From: Eledone cirrhosa
Taxonomy: Eukaryota
Reading direction: 5' to 3'
Assembly (NCBI GenBank): GCA_964016885.1
Contig: OZ024741.1
Span: 43,896,001 to 43,960,000 of the forward strand
Length of the DNA: 64,000 bases
Positions within the stretch are counted from its first letter, which is position 1. The number at the start of each line of letters is the position of its first letter. Of this stretch, positions 34,607 to 47,332 are shown piece by piece. The notes under the pieces are model-generated. The model saw nothing but the letters and a program-made list of their open reading frames with translations. It was not told the DNA's origin and did not search any database. Position numbers and translations under genes: made by a program.

Positions 34607-37600
34607 GATTTCTTTATTAACCACAAGGGTTTACATAAAGTAGACATAAAGGACAGTGCAGGACAATACAGGACGGTACTAATGGGCATTTCTGCGTGTA
34701 AAAAACGAAAACAGAGGATGTAACAAAAAATAACAATGAAAAAATTCCCCAATAGGGGGGAGACTTCCGAGGGACATTTGTGGAGAAAGCCCATTAAAAG
34801 ACCAAAGTGACCCTGACCACCAGGGCAAGTGCCCTCTCCAGTTTTCCACCTTTAATTTACAGACACATACTCAGATTAGGCCCACTCACTTGGGCCATAC
34901 TTGCTTCTCTCATCCATCTTTCAACAAAATGCTGGGAAGAGAGCACTTCCCTCTCTACCCTGATATTCCTTTTCAAATGAAATTTGAAAAAGTTAATCAG
35001 GGCATCACCGAACGGGTAAGTGCTCGTCTTCAGCCCTTTCAAACGTGTCCACCATACTATCTCTTTCGCCATGACCACCACACAGATAAAAACTGCCTGC
35101 CATACCTGGCTAAAGGAAGAGGGCGGGGCAATCCTCACGGTGGTCTCAGCTGATAGCTGGATCCGCCCTACACGTAATAGCAGGTGTTCGACATAAACCC
35201 ACAAGTCAGCAATGCTCGGACACTGGACGAGTGCGTGCAGGACGGTTTCGTCGCCCTGCGCGCATCTCGGACATGCTCGGCTGACGGCACCTCCATGCCT
35301 GTAGAGTTTATCCCGAACTGGCAAAACTCCAGGCCAGGGATTTCTGGAAGTTGTCCATAGGGCCCGGCCCGAAAGTCCTACCGAAGAGATTGCCTAGCTG
35401 ATTTTCGTCGACGCCTAGAGTTTCACCAAGTACGTCGTCGCTCTTCCCCTCCAGTAATCCTCTATAGAACGCCAAGGTGGAGTTTCCACCGATCACATTG
35501 CCCGATTGGTCGAGGGCTGTGAGCGCCTGAAGACATTCTAGTCTCCAAGCGCTCCATCTCGGTCTTCGCTTGACCCAGGACTGCAGCTCCATCAAGGAGA
35601 CGAGCTGGGGAAAGACGTGTCTAGCAAACGGCGACTACGCCTGATCACCATCGAGGAAGAGGTGGAGATGTCGTAGCCTGAGCGCGAGTCTGCGCATCAT
35701 CAGCCACGGCATGCCCAGCCCTCCACGTAGCGGATGTTGACAGCAGATGGACCGCCTGACCATTGGAGCGCGTCCCTTCCACAAAAAGCGAATGAGCAAA
35801 CGCTCCAGCGCAGTCAGGCGGGGCTTAGGACAATGTACGACGGTCAGGCGGTAGTAGATGACAGACGCGATGTACGCATAAGCCACCTCCGCTCGACATT
35901 TCAGGGATATCTTCCTCTACGCCCATTTCTGGGTGAGAGAAGCCACCCTGCTCGTCACCTCGTCCAGATTTTGTCCATCTGGAGATCCGGACAGAACCAG
36001 AACCCGAGCAATTTAACCGGTCCGTCCGTCCAGCGTCCGATGACGCTGTTGGACCGCATGGACCTGCGTCTCCAGGTGCCGAGCTGCAGGCCCACTGTTT
36101 TTTCCTGGTTGATCATTGCTTCTGTCACTGCTTCGTATTCTCTTAGTGTAGTGCCGATCGCCTCGATGTGTTTGGCGTTCCACACCACTACGGAGACATC
36201 GTCCGCATATGCTGACACGGATCTTCCGCATCCTAGTTCGCGCGGGACCCCCCTCAACGTCTCCAGTTTGTGCAGTAATGGCTCGAGAGTCAATACGTAC
36301 TAGAGGGACGAGAGAGGACATCCTTAGCGGACCGAGAGCATGGTGTTGAACGGTTCCGAAAGGTGACCGTTCACTCTCACCACAGAGCAGATGTCGCTGT
36401 GCATCGCAGCGTTCAAGCCTCTGAAGACGGGCCCAAAGCCAGCCGCCCTCAGGACTGCCGCTAGGTAATGATGGTCGACCCTATCGAAAGCTTTCGACTG
36501 ATCTAAATTGATCAAGGACCCACCCGTGCCAGGTTCCCTAGCTACCCTCTCTACAATGTATCGCATGAGGTAGAGGTTGTCGTGGATGGATCTGTCGGGA
36601 ATGGCGCATGTCTGTACCTCTCCCACCAGACCACCAACGACAAGCGCCAACCTCTTTGCTAGCACCTTGGCCAAAATCTTGAACTCTTTGTTTAGCAGAG
36701 TTATGGGCCTAAAATTATCTATGTTATCCCCCTTGTTCGGATCCTTTCTCAGCAGCGCCACCGCTCCTCGGCTCACAGAGCTGGGAATTCTCCCGTTCTG
36801 TTGCCAGTTGCAGTAGACGTCCGCCAAGAGGCCTTCGAACAAGTTTGGCATTTGTACGTAAAGTTCATAGGGCACACCATCCAAACCAGACGATTTACCC
36901 CTTGTGCAACTAGTCATTGCATCCCGTACTTTAGCGGTTGTTATCGGCTTTTCGCAACACTCCGCCTCAGTGGCCGAAAGCCACGGCAGTCCGTCGAGGT
37001 AGACACTAAAGTCCATCCCTCGATCCGGCCCGCCACTGCCCCCGAACAGTTGAGCGAAGTGTCGCTGAAAAGCTTCACACATTTGCCCGGGATCGAGTAG
37101 CATCCGCCCGTCGTGGTCCACCAAAGACCGGATCGTGGCTTTGTTGCCACGACGCGCCTCCGTCACTCGGGCCTATTGAACGGCTTTCGTCCCCTCGTGT
37201 CTGAGAGCACGCACCCTAGCTCTGACAACGCAGCCTTCGTGCTTTGCATTGAAGAATTGGTCAAGGGCCAATTTCGCCGCAAGAACGTCGGTCGCGATGC
37301 CTTTGCTAAGCGCCTCATCTAATTTTCTACCTAATTCTCGCTCCCGCTCTATTTTTCTCTATTGCTAAAGTGTTACTAAACCTAATGGACTCTATTCTAA
37401 TTGCTCTTTTCAGAGCAAACCACCACTTGTTGTTCACGATGGCCCCCGTCAACGCCCGCTTAACTATTTCGCTAATCCGGTCTCTGTAGGCCTTTCGCGC
37501 TGGTAAGGACGCGTTTAGCTTCCAGTAGCCGGGTCCTCGTCTATGAAGCCTATCTAAGTCAAGCACACAGATCACGAATTTGTGGTCCGTGTAGCTGACT

Positions 37601-40485
37601 ATCTTGAATTGTGGACAGCCTATGCTAGACCTATCTATTTCCCTACAAAATACTCTATCTAGATATGATCTGGATGACCCTATGCGATTTGTCCAAGTCC
37701 ACATTTGTACATTCGGGAAATCCATTCGGTACCTGTCAGACAGTTCAAAACGTCTAAGCAGGTTGGCGAGACTCTTGCACCCTCCTTCCCTATCCACTAA
37801 TCCCACACAATCCCAGCGTGCATCTAAGATCCCGTTCCAGTCGCCCACTAACACTAAAGAGCGGGACGTTCCAAGAAAGGTCTCCAGACGCCGGAAGAAA
37901 TCAGGCCGCCCTGCTCCTGTCGGGGCATAGACGGCCACTAACCTGAAAACTTGCCCGTCTCCGCTGGTCACGTCCAGCACCACCAACTTACCTTCTGGGT
38001 CCAGGAAGATGGCCCGTATGGCAAGATCCAAACCTCTCCGAAAAAGCACAGCAACTCCTCCCCCCGATCCAGGACGGCTGGGAGATGCGTACACATCGTA
38101 GCCGCCGAAGATCGGTGCGAAAGCCTGTGCTTCGGAGATTCTGGTCTCGCTGATGGTCACTACATCTATCTTTAGTGACCTGAGGTCGTTGAGCAGGTGG
38201 CCCTGCTTCCATGACGACCCCAAGCCACGCGCATTTATGCTGCCTATTCTGAGTGAGGTCATGTTGAAAAGGAGTGGAAAAGTTTGGAAAGACCACTTAC
38301 TTTACTTCTCGTAGGGGAAGGACGGTTTTTCCATCCTTTTCACTGCTTGTGGCCTCCTCAGGAAGGATGTCCTTATAAATCCTCCTGGAGAGTGCTTGTC
38401 GGAAGTCTCCGATGTCTTTGGGGAATTTTTATTTTAGTGTCATGTACGTTTTCTGTGTGATGCGAGTGATTTGTATGTGTGGAGGTGGTGTGAATTTTGG
38501 GGTTGTTGTGTAGTCTTTTTCTGTGATGCTGGTGTTGTGTTGGATGTAGTGTAATAATTGCTTGTTGTTCAAATTTAATGCTGTGTAGTGTGTATCGTTT
38601 TGGTTGTTTTGTTTTGTTTGCGTTTGTTGTGGGTTTGTTTCTGTTTCGCATTTTGGTGACTTTTGTGGTGTAGGTGATGGTCGTGCTGGGGTTAGTGATG
38701 GTGATTGTGTTGGTGTTTGGGTTGATGGGATTGGTGATGCTGGTGTGGATGGTGGCATATCTGTCCTAACTTTTTTGTTTCTTAATTTATTTGTTTCCCT
38801 CTGTATTTTGTTTTTGGAGGGGGAAGGAAGAGAATTTTTTCCTTTTTGGTTTCTTTTTTTTTTCCGGATATCGTTTCCCACTCCTCGTCGTCACAATCTG
38901 TCTCCAGTTGTGATAGGCCGGGGAGTGGAAAATCCTCCACAGCCGTTAGTTTTGGTTGTGGTGTGGTGGATGGTGTAGGCGCTGGTGCTAGTTCTGAAGC
39001 GTTGGGTGGTGGTGGTGTTGGTTTTGCTGGTGGTGGTAGTGGTGTTGGTTTTGCTACTGTTGCTGGGGTTGTTGCTGTTATAGTTGCTTCTGTTGTTGCT
39101 GCTACAATTGTTGCTGCCATCTCTGCTACTGGTGGTGTTGATGGTTGTGTCACTGGGGTGGGTAGGAGAGGTGGCCTCAACCTTTTAGCCTGAGGGCAGA
39201 AAGCCCTTAGGTGGGTTCCTTCACCACAAACGACACACCTATGTCTTCTGCCCTCGACAATTACCGTGAGGTGGCTGACGTCAGTGAGGTCTATTACCTC
39301 TGGGATCTCCTCAATGCTTTTTTGGTCCGCTTGGATCAGGAGCTCCATCCCAGATCCGGACCAGTTTTCCTGCTTTTCTTTTGCTATTGCTATTATTTTC
39401 GTGTTGGCTTCGATGCCGGCGAGGACAGCCGCTATTAGCCAGGGAATTCCGATGGCCGGTGGAACGTGGGTCACCCTGATCTTTACGAGTCTCTGGCCAC
39501 AATAGCTCGGGACGAGTGTGAAGTCGTCACTTTTTAATGTGTTCTCTAGCCTCCTCTGGTGTTTCAAAGAACACATCCACGGTTCTATACTTTTGCCCAC
39601 GTCTGATGTGGGTTTTTCTTCCCCACACATGTCCCAAAGCTTTTTGGATTCGGGACTCGGATGCCCGTTCCACTCGCGCGATTTTACATTTATTGTTCTA
39701 TACGACACGGTGCACAGGCGCCGATGCTCCATTTTATTAGGTGTGTGGGGGGGGGTGAGGCTGACCCTGTACCCATCTTTCTTTACCATTTGTTTGGCAT
39801 TTTCTAAATCTTCTTGAGTTACCGTGAACGCTTCGAATTGTTTTGCTACGATGGCGAAACTGAGGGTCGGTTTTATAATGTCATTGTTGTTGTTGTTGCT
39901 ATCGTTAATATTAATTTTATTTTCAGTTGTGGTGGTGGTGACGTCAGTCGTCTTTGGTGGGGAAGAGTCCATTTTGCTTGATTTCATTTCGACGTCACGA
40001 GTTAATTTATTTTTTTCTTCTTTTGTTTCTGGTGTCGCGGTGGTGGTGGTGGTGGTGGTTGTCGCGGTGGTGGTGGTGGTGGAGGCTTTAACACCTGCAG
40101 TCATTGGTAATGGCGGGAAATGAATGTCTGCCTGAGACAAATTTAAAATATTGCTACTGCTTATATTTTTTTTTTGTGTTGGCAAACGTAGTAACATTTA
40201 CAATGGTGGTGTCGGTGTGAGGTGTTATTTTGTGAGGAAGGCTTTCAGCTGCTTCGTGCAGAGGGGAATTAGTCATTTTTTTTCAAAGAAATTTTTGGAT
40301 AATAATAAAAGTTAAAATTTTGGGCACAAGGCCCCAATCTTTTTGGGTGTCCTTTTCGGAAAACAATGTATGTGTGCTTATAAACAGTTTACAATAAAAT
40401 TTTCCCTAAATGGCAATTTTTAAACAAACGGAAATAACAAACCTTTGCGGAGCTCACGATAATACGATTTCCTACGTAGGTCGCC
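34607..40485 (-). mobile_element. Full-length Tx1-like element, copy C (ORF2 and 3' UTR like A, different ORF1 and 5' UTR)
   Basis: ORF2 pieces 34857-38262 nearly colinear with A. ORF1 38782-40197 with CVVCGEGTHLRAFC. (TAA)n flanks. Confidence 0.92.
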
Positions 40486-40506
40486 AATAATAATAATAAT
40501 AATAAT

Positions 40507-41470
40507 AAAGCAAAGCAGGTAAAAGTAACTGCAAAGAAAGAACTGCTACAGAAACTGGCTAAGAAATGGCAAGAAAAGCCTCTGTATGGAAAATACCCAG
40601 AGCGAGCTAACAATCCTGATGTTGACAAATTTTAACCCATCAGTGGTTGGCATCCTCTGGACTGAAATCGGAGACTGAAGGACTGATTATATCGGCATAA
40701 GATCAGTGTCTGCCAACAAAAAATTACCAAGCCAACATAATAAAAAATGGGTGCAGACTATTATGCCGTGTATGCAAAAAACAACCAGAGACCATTGACC
40801 ATATGATTTCAATGTGCAGTCCTATAGCTCCAACCGAATACCTAAACAGGCATGACAGAGCTGCACAATACATACATTGGATAATGTGTAAGCATTTTGA
40901 CCTGCCCCATCAAAAGAATTGGTGGGAGCATCAACCACCTCCCATACTTGAAAAAGATCACATCTCAATCTTGTGGAACTTTAGCATCCAGACAGACCGA
41001 AAAATAGATGCAAATAGACCTGATATAATATTGAATGACTTTCAAAGGAGGGTATGCCTGCTAATTGATATGTCTGTTCCAATAGACAAGAATGTATCTA
41101 TAAAAACATTTGAAAAACTGAGCAAGTATAAGGACCTGGAGATAGAAATTGGAAAAATGTGGAAATTGAGAACTAAAACAATACCAGTGGTTGTAGGCGC
41201 TCTGGGAATGATACCTAAGGGGTCTAACGACTACTTATCGCAAATCCCAGGAAACCCGCGTATAGGAGAAATACAAAAGATTGTACTAATGGGAACTGCC
41301 CATATACTAAGGAAGATCCTGTCAATATAAGTACATCACAAGTCTAAACACTAAGGATGCATGTGTGAATATGTATGTTCTTTCTTGAACATGGCGGACC
41401 TTGTTGTCTCTTGAGGTCACTGGTTGTGACTTGGTCATAACTCGTATGAACATAAAGCAAGATAATTGCA
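40507..41470 (+). mobile_element. 5'-truncated R4/Dong-like element (CCHC plus restriction-like endonuclease)
   Basis: CRVC..ETIDHMISMC, YLNRHD, RPDIIL..LIDMSVP, KLSKYKDL, IPVVVGALG. Starts and ends in TAA repeats. Confidence 0.88.
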
Positions 41471-41485
41471 AATAATAATAATGAT

Positions 41486-43525
41486 AACTATAGAGCTATC
41501 ACATGTCTGTCCGTAATGTGGAAACAGTTGACAAGCATTATGTCTGAGGAAATCTACCATCACCTCCACATAAACAACTTGTTACCGGACGAACAAAAAG
41601 AATGCCGAAAAGAAGTCCCGTGGTACAAAGGACCAGTTACTTATTGATAACACGGTAATGAGGAATTACATGAGGAGACACACTGGTCTTGCCATGGGAT
41701 GGATAGACTACAAAAAGGCATTTGACATTGTGCCTCATTCTTGGATCACCAAAAGCCTAGAGATCTTCAAGGTGGCAGATAACATCAGACAGTTGTTGGG
41801 CAAAAGTATGAAGTCCTGGAAAACAGAATTAACATCAGCTGGAGAAGCCTTGGGAGGCGTGAAGATCAAGAGAGGTATCTTCTAGGGAGATACTCTGTCC
41901 CCTCTGTTATTTGTCCTTGCCCTGATGCCCCCGACCATTATACTGCGAAAATTGAGAGCAGGATACAAGTTGGGGAAAGGGAGAGCTTACCATCAATCAC
42001 CTCCTCTTCATGGACGATCTTAAGCTCTTCGGGAAGAGTGAGAAGGAGTTGGATGTGCTTGTTGACAATGTCCGTATTTTCAGCAATGATATATGTATGC
42101 AATTTGGTATTAGTAAGTGTGGAGTCCTTGTGATGAAGAGTGGTAAATTGAGTAGAAGCAACGGAATGCAGGTACCAACAGGTGAGATGATAAAGGAAAT
42201 TGGCACTGAAGTAGGATACAAGTATTTGGGTGTTCTGGAGGCTGATGACATCAAGAACAAAAAAATGAAGGAATTGATAAGATCTGAATACATTCGGAGA
42301 GTAAGGAGCGTATTAAAGTCACATCTGAACAGTAGGAATGCCATCAGTGCAGTAAATTCCCGAGCTGTGTCTATTATTAGGTACAGTGCGGGAATTCTGA
42401 GATGTAATGTTGCTGAACAAAAAGAAATGGATAGAAAGACTAGGAAGCTATTGACTATCTACAACACGTTCCACAAGAGGCGTGATGTCGATAGACTCTA
42501 CTTAAGGAGATCTGAAGTTGGAAGAGGTCTTATCAGCATAGAGGACTGTATTCAGATGGAGAAAAACAACCCACACAAATACGTGACTGATAGGAAGGAG
42601 CCAATGCTCAGAATTGTACTGAAGGAGAGGACAATAGACCAGGGGATGTCCAAGGAGGAAATAACAACAAGGAGAAAGAGCAGCCGTCATGAAAAATCCC
42701 TTCATAGTACCTTCTTTGAGAAAACTGAATTCAGAGATCCACAGGCATGGAACTGGTTGAAAAGAAGAGACCTTAAAAAGGCTACAGAAGGAATGCTAAT
42801 GGCTGCGCAAGAGCAGGCCCTCAAAACGAAGTGGTTTAAAAACCATATTTACAAGGAGGAGGCTAGCCCACTGTGCAGGATCTGTGGTAGAGAGAGAGGA
42901 GACTGTGGCTCACATTGTATCCGAGTGTAAACACCTAGCCCAGACTCACTATAAGGGCTGGAGACATGATGTGATGGGCAGGGTGTTATCCACTGGCACC
43001 TCTGCAAATAAACAATTTACCACATTCTGAGAAGTGGAATGAGCATAAGCCAGAGTCGGTGATCGAAAACGATCAGGTGAAGGTGCTGTGGGATTTTAGG
43101 ATACAGACGGACAAGAAACTGGAACACAATAGATCTGACCTGGTGGTTTTGGACAAGGAAAAAAGATCGTGCCTGATTGTGAATGTGGCCTGCCCATTCG
43201 ACATGACAGTGCTAGAGAAGGAGAGGGAGAAAATTAACCGATACCAGGATTTAAAGTGGGAGGTAAAAAGGATTTGGAACTGCCATGAAATCAGTGTCGT
43301 CCCGATTGTCATAGGCGCACTAGGTACTATCTCAAAAGGTTTCCAGGGATGGTTAAAGAAAATTGGCCGCGCCACGCTTTTTGGAACGCTTCAAAAGGCA
43401 TGCTTGCTGGGAACAGCAAGAACCCTCCGATACATCCTGAATATCTGAGGCTGCTGGTAGTGGATTGATATTCATTTCAACAAACTTTCCAATTAACTAA
43501 CATCAATGACTAAGACTCAAAGAAC
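41486..43525 (+). mobile_element. 5'-truncated R4/Dong-like element, second family (RT plus RLE), decayed
   Basis: WIDYKKAFDIVPH, RGIF.GDTLSP, FMDDLKL, YKYLG, RSDLVV, VPIVIGALG. Followed by a long (TAA)n at 43526-43583. Confidence 0.88.
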
Positions 43526-43584
<59 letters not shown>

Positions 43585-44566
43585 GGGAAGAAAACGCACG
43601 GATAAGGGAAGGGGACGCACGTGGTGTATAGAGTGTTATGGACATTTTTGATTTTTAACATATTTAAAACAATTGTGAGATAACAATTCGTAGTACAAAT
43701 GGGGCATAACGCGCCATGTTTTGCTCTCAGGAAATTCGGACCCCAAATATCCTGTTATATCTCTCAAATATTCAATTTGTATTATAAATTTTATATTAAA
43801 AAAGAGGAAATGGTTATAAATGGAAGAAAACCCCCTCTGTCTACACTATATAGAACAGCCAAATAACAGCAATTTCAACAACACCACAAACTTGATACAC
43901 CACCTATCCCATCACCCCTCTGTGTACACTCAATACAACAGCCAGATAACGGCAATTTCACCAACACCACCACCACCACCAACCCCAGCATAATATTAAT
44001 TACTATTATTGTATCTCAAATTTTCTCAAAATGTTTAATTCAAATATTAAGAAAATATGTCAACACATATATTAAACACACGAAAAACCGCATAGATACA
44101 CAGATCAAACAAACGCATACTACTACAGTCTATTCAACAAAACTCAGTAACGACAACGTTATAACTATAGTCACCGCCGCCACCACTCGATCATTGCTAC
44201 CACTATCCCATCACCGCCGCCACCACTCCTTCATTGCTACCACCACTATTCCTCCACTACCTTCTGTTAACTTAAGAAAGCGGAAGGTGGCGGTATAACT
44301 AGACAAGGGAGAGGCTAGCAAAAGATATAAATAGACTGACTTAGTAATCCGGTCAATCGTCTACGACTATGGCACTGCTGGCTCCCCCTACCCCACCAAC
44401 GATAGAAAAAGCCCCAGCACCACCACCGACATAGCCAACAACAATAACAGGCAACTTCAACAAAAAGTATATTATATTATTAATAATAATTTTATTCTTA
44501 AGCCACGCAATGCTCACATTAAGGAACCACTCATGATAATAACAATTTAAAAAAACAACAAAAAGA

Positions 44567-47332
44567 AAACCCCGTGACCAAGAAATACCGGGATGGCGGA
44601 CGGCTGGGAATAGCCGTGTCTCTAGGGGAGGACGACCCCTCTCGTCTTGGTTGACACTCGTCCTAGAAGTGGTAACACGAAATGATTACCCCTTGGCGGA
44701 TAAGGATAAAATGCGACGAAATAAAGTAAATGTCAAATGATAAAATCTCATACCGGATCGGCCGTCACCCGGGTCAAAAAGGGCGGCGTCCCTCAGAGAG
44801 GAACCAGACTGGGGTAGAAAAATCAGCTAATGGTCCAAACCTTCCCATCACCTCGGATCTGGAGACCTCCCATAACCGGAATACTCCTACTGTTGACCCT
44901 CCATGCTCACCACCAAGAAATCCAAAGAAAAAGAGAGAAAAATGGTCAAGGGAAGACAATAAAGATCCTTGAAGCTTTCTACACTGCCATGCACTATCCA
45001 TCAAATAGATCGAATACAGAACAGACATATATCAACTGGAAAAAGAAACATCCCGAAAACAGAGGCTATATTGACAGTAACACACTAGTCAATATACGAA
45101 GAAATATTGTTAAAAAAAGTTACTAACTGATATTAAAATTGATCAGATCAAGCTAATAGCACAAAGTCAGCGAAGGGAAAATGAAACATGTGTCAGTGAA
45201 AACGAGATAAATTGTAACACTTCAAATCCTAGGGTTGGGGTGGAATCACTGACAACTGAACAAATGAAAGAAAGGATCGAAAAAGTGGAGGCAGTGCATG
45301 CTCAAAATGAAAACAATGAGATCGTAAATGATAAAGAAATGAATGAGAATGAACTTACCAACTTGAAGGAGGAAATTATGATCGAATGGATGAAAATGAA
45401 AGAATCTGACATGGGGGAATGAGACACTCTACCTAAGATCCAGAACTCCAAACAGAACCAAAAGATAATACACACAACTAACATAATTCTCAAAAACATT
45501 ATCATCACAAACAAACTAAACATTACTGATTTAAATCATCTCTATTATGAATCGGCTAAAGTCAAAACTCACTTATGTGGAATGAAAATGAAAATCAAAG
45601 GAATTGCCACAAGTAATCTACTTGGCAAACCAACCTTCTCCGATCTGACATAGAAATTTTAACAAACTACAAAGTAGGTGAACATGTTAAACAAACTAAA
45701 CTTAGAAAATTGAAAAGAAAATACAGTTTAAAATCAACAAGTGACATAGACATGCTGATTGAAATAATCAAGCAAAAAGTGTCGGCCAAAGCTGCTCGTA
45801 TAAGGATAATAAAACGATCTAGATTCTATAAGGATAATAATATGTTCAAAAACAAACGAAGAAACTTCTACAGAAAAATTGGTAAGTCAACAATAACTGC
45901 TAAATCCACCCAAGGAGGAATTGCAAGAATTCTGGGAAAAGATCTGGGCCGAAGAAAAAGTTCATAATATACATGCCCCATGGATAGACAGACAATTGAA
46001 AGATACAGCTCACCTTGAGGAACAAATATGGGAAAATATAACAGTTGAACAGTTGCGCTTGGCTCTTAGAAAAACCAGCAAATGGAAATCCCCAGGAAAA
46101 GACAAAATACAAAATCTTTGGATAAATGCCTTCACAGAGTCTCATGAACTGTTAGCCCGACTTTACAATGAAATTGTTAAGGAGCCAGAAAAGATACTAT
46201 CATGGCTAGTTAACGGTATTACATTCCTGCTTCCGGAGAATGATGAGACAAACAATCCCCAAAATTACAGACCAATAACTTGCTTGACCACAATGTATAA
46301 AATTTTAAATCAGTCCTAACTGAATATACATATGACCACCTGATAACAAATGACCTATTTCCCAATGAGCAGAGAGGGTGTAAACGAGGCTCATATAGAT
46401 GTAAGGATCAGCTTTTGGTTAACAACATGATACTGGAAGATTGTCATAATAGACACAAAAATCTATCAAATGCTTGGATAGATTATAAAAAAGCATTCGA
46501 TAGTTTGCCACACAGTTGGATTGAAAAATGTTTAGAGATTTTCAAAATATCTCCCGTTGTCAGGAGGTTCTTGTCACTCAGTATGAAGACATGGAAAACG
46601 ACACTTCTTTTGAATAGTGAAACAAAATCACTGGAAGCTGGAAAAGTTAATATTAATTGTGGAATGTTACCGTAGAGTAAGAGCAATCTTAAGAACGGAA
46701 TTGAATGCAAGGAATAGGATCGATGCCACAAACACGCTTGCCATACCAGTAGTAACCTACAGTTACAATGTCATCAACTTGTCAAGCACAGAGATCCGTA
46801 GGCTCGATACAAAAACTAGAAAATTCTTAACCATGCACAGAATGCATCACCCTAAGGCAGATACAGATAGAATATATCACCCTAGTAAAGTAGGAGGACC
46901 TGGGATAATCCAGTTAGATATTGCATTGAAAACTGCAACAATTGGATTATCTACAAATCTAAGGTAATCACATGACTGGATGATCAAACTCGTTTTGAAA
47001 CACGAAAGCATCAGCAGATCATACTCCATTACAAAAGATGCACAAAGATTCAGTAATGGACTACAAATTTCAGAAGTCCCATTTACTGCTGAAATGGAAA
47101 ACACAGAAAAAGCAAACCAGGTAAAAGTAACTGCAAAGAAAGAACTGCTACAGAAACTGGCTAAGAAATGGCAAGAAAAGCCTATGTATGGAAAATACCC
47201 AGAAAGAGCTAACAATCCTGATGTTGACAACACTTTAACCAATCAGTGGTTGGCATCCTCTGGACTGAAATCGGAGACTGAAGGACTGATTATATACACA
47301 AGATCAGTGTCTGCCAACAAAATATTACCAAG
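44567..47332 (+). mobile_element. R4/Dong-like element, 5' UTR to post-RT region; decayed, internally deleted, 3' end lost
   Basis: WKSPGKDKIQN, NYRPITCL, WIDYKKAFDSLPH. Jumps from INCG to YRRVRAIL (core RT missing). 47110-47332 is nearly identical to 40507-40735. Confidence 0.85.

Noticed and set aside
24046-40123. Plus-strand ORFs overlapping the Tx1-like elements
   Set aside because: Antisense shadows of GC-rich ORF1/ORF2.
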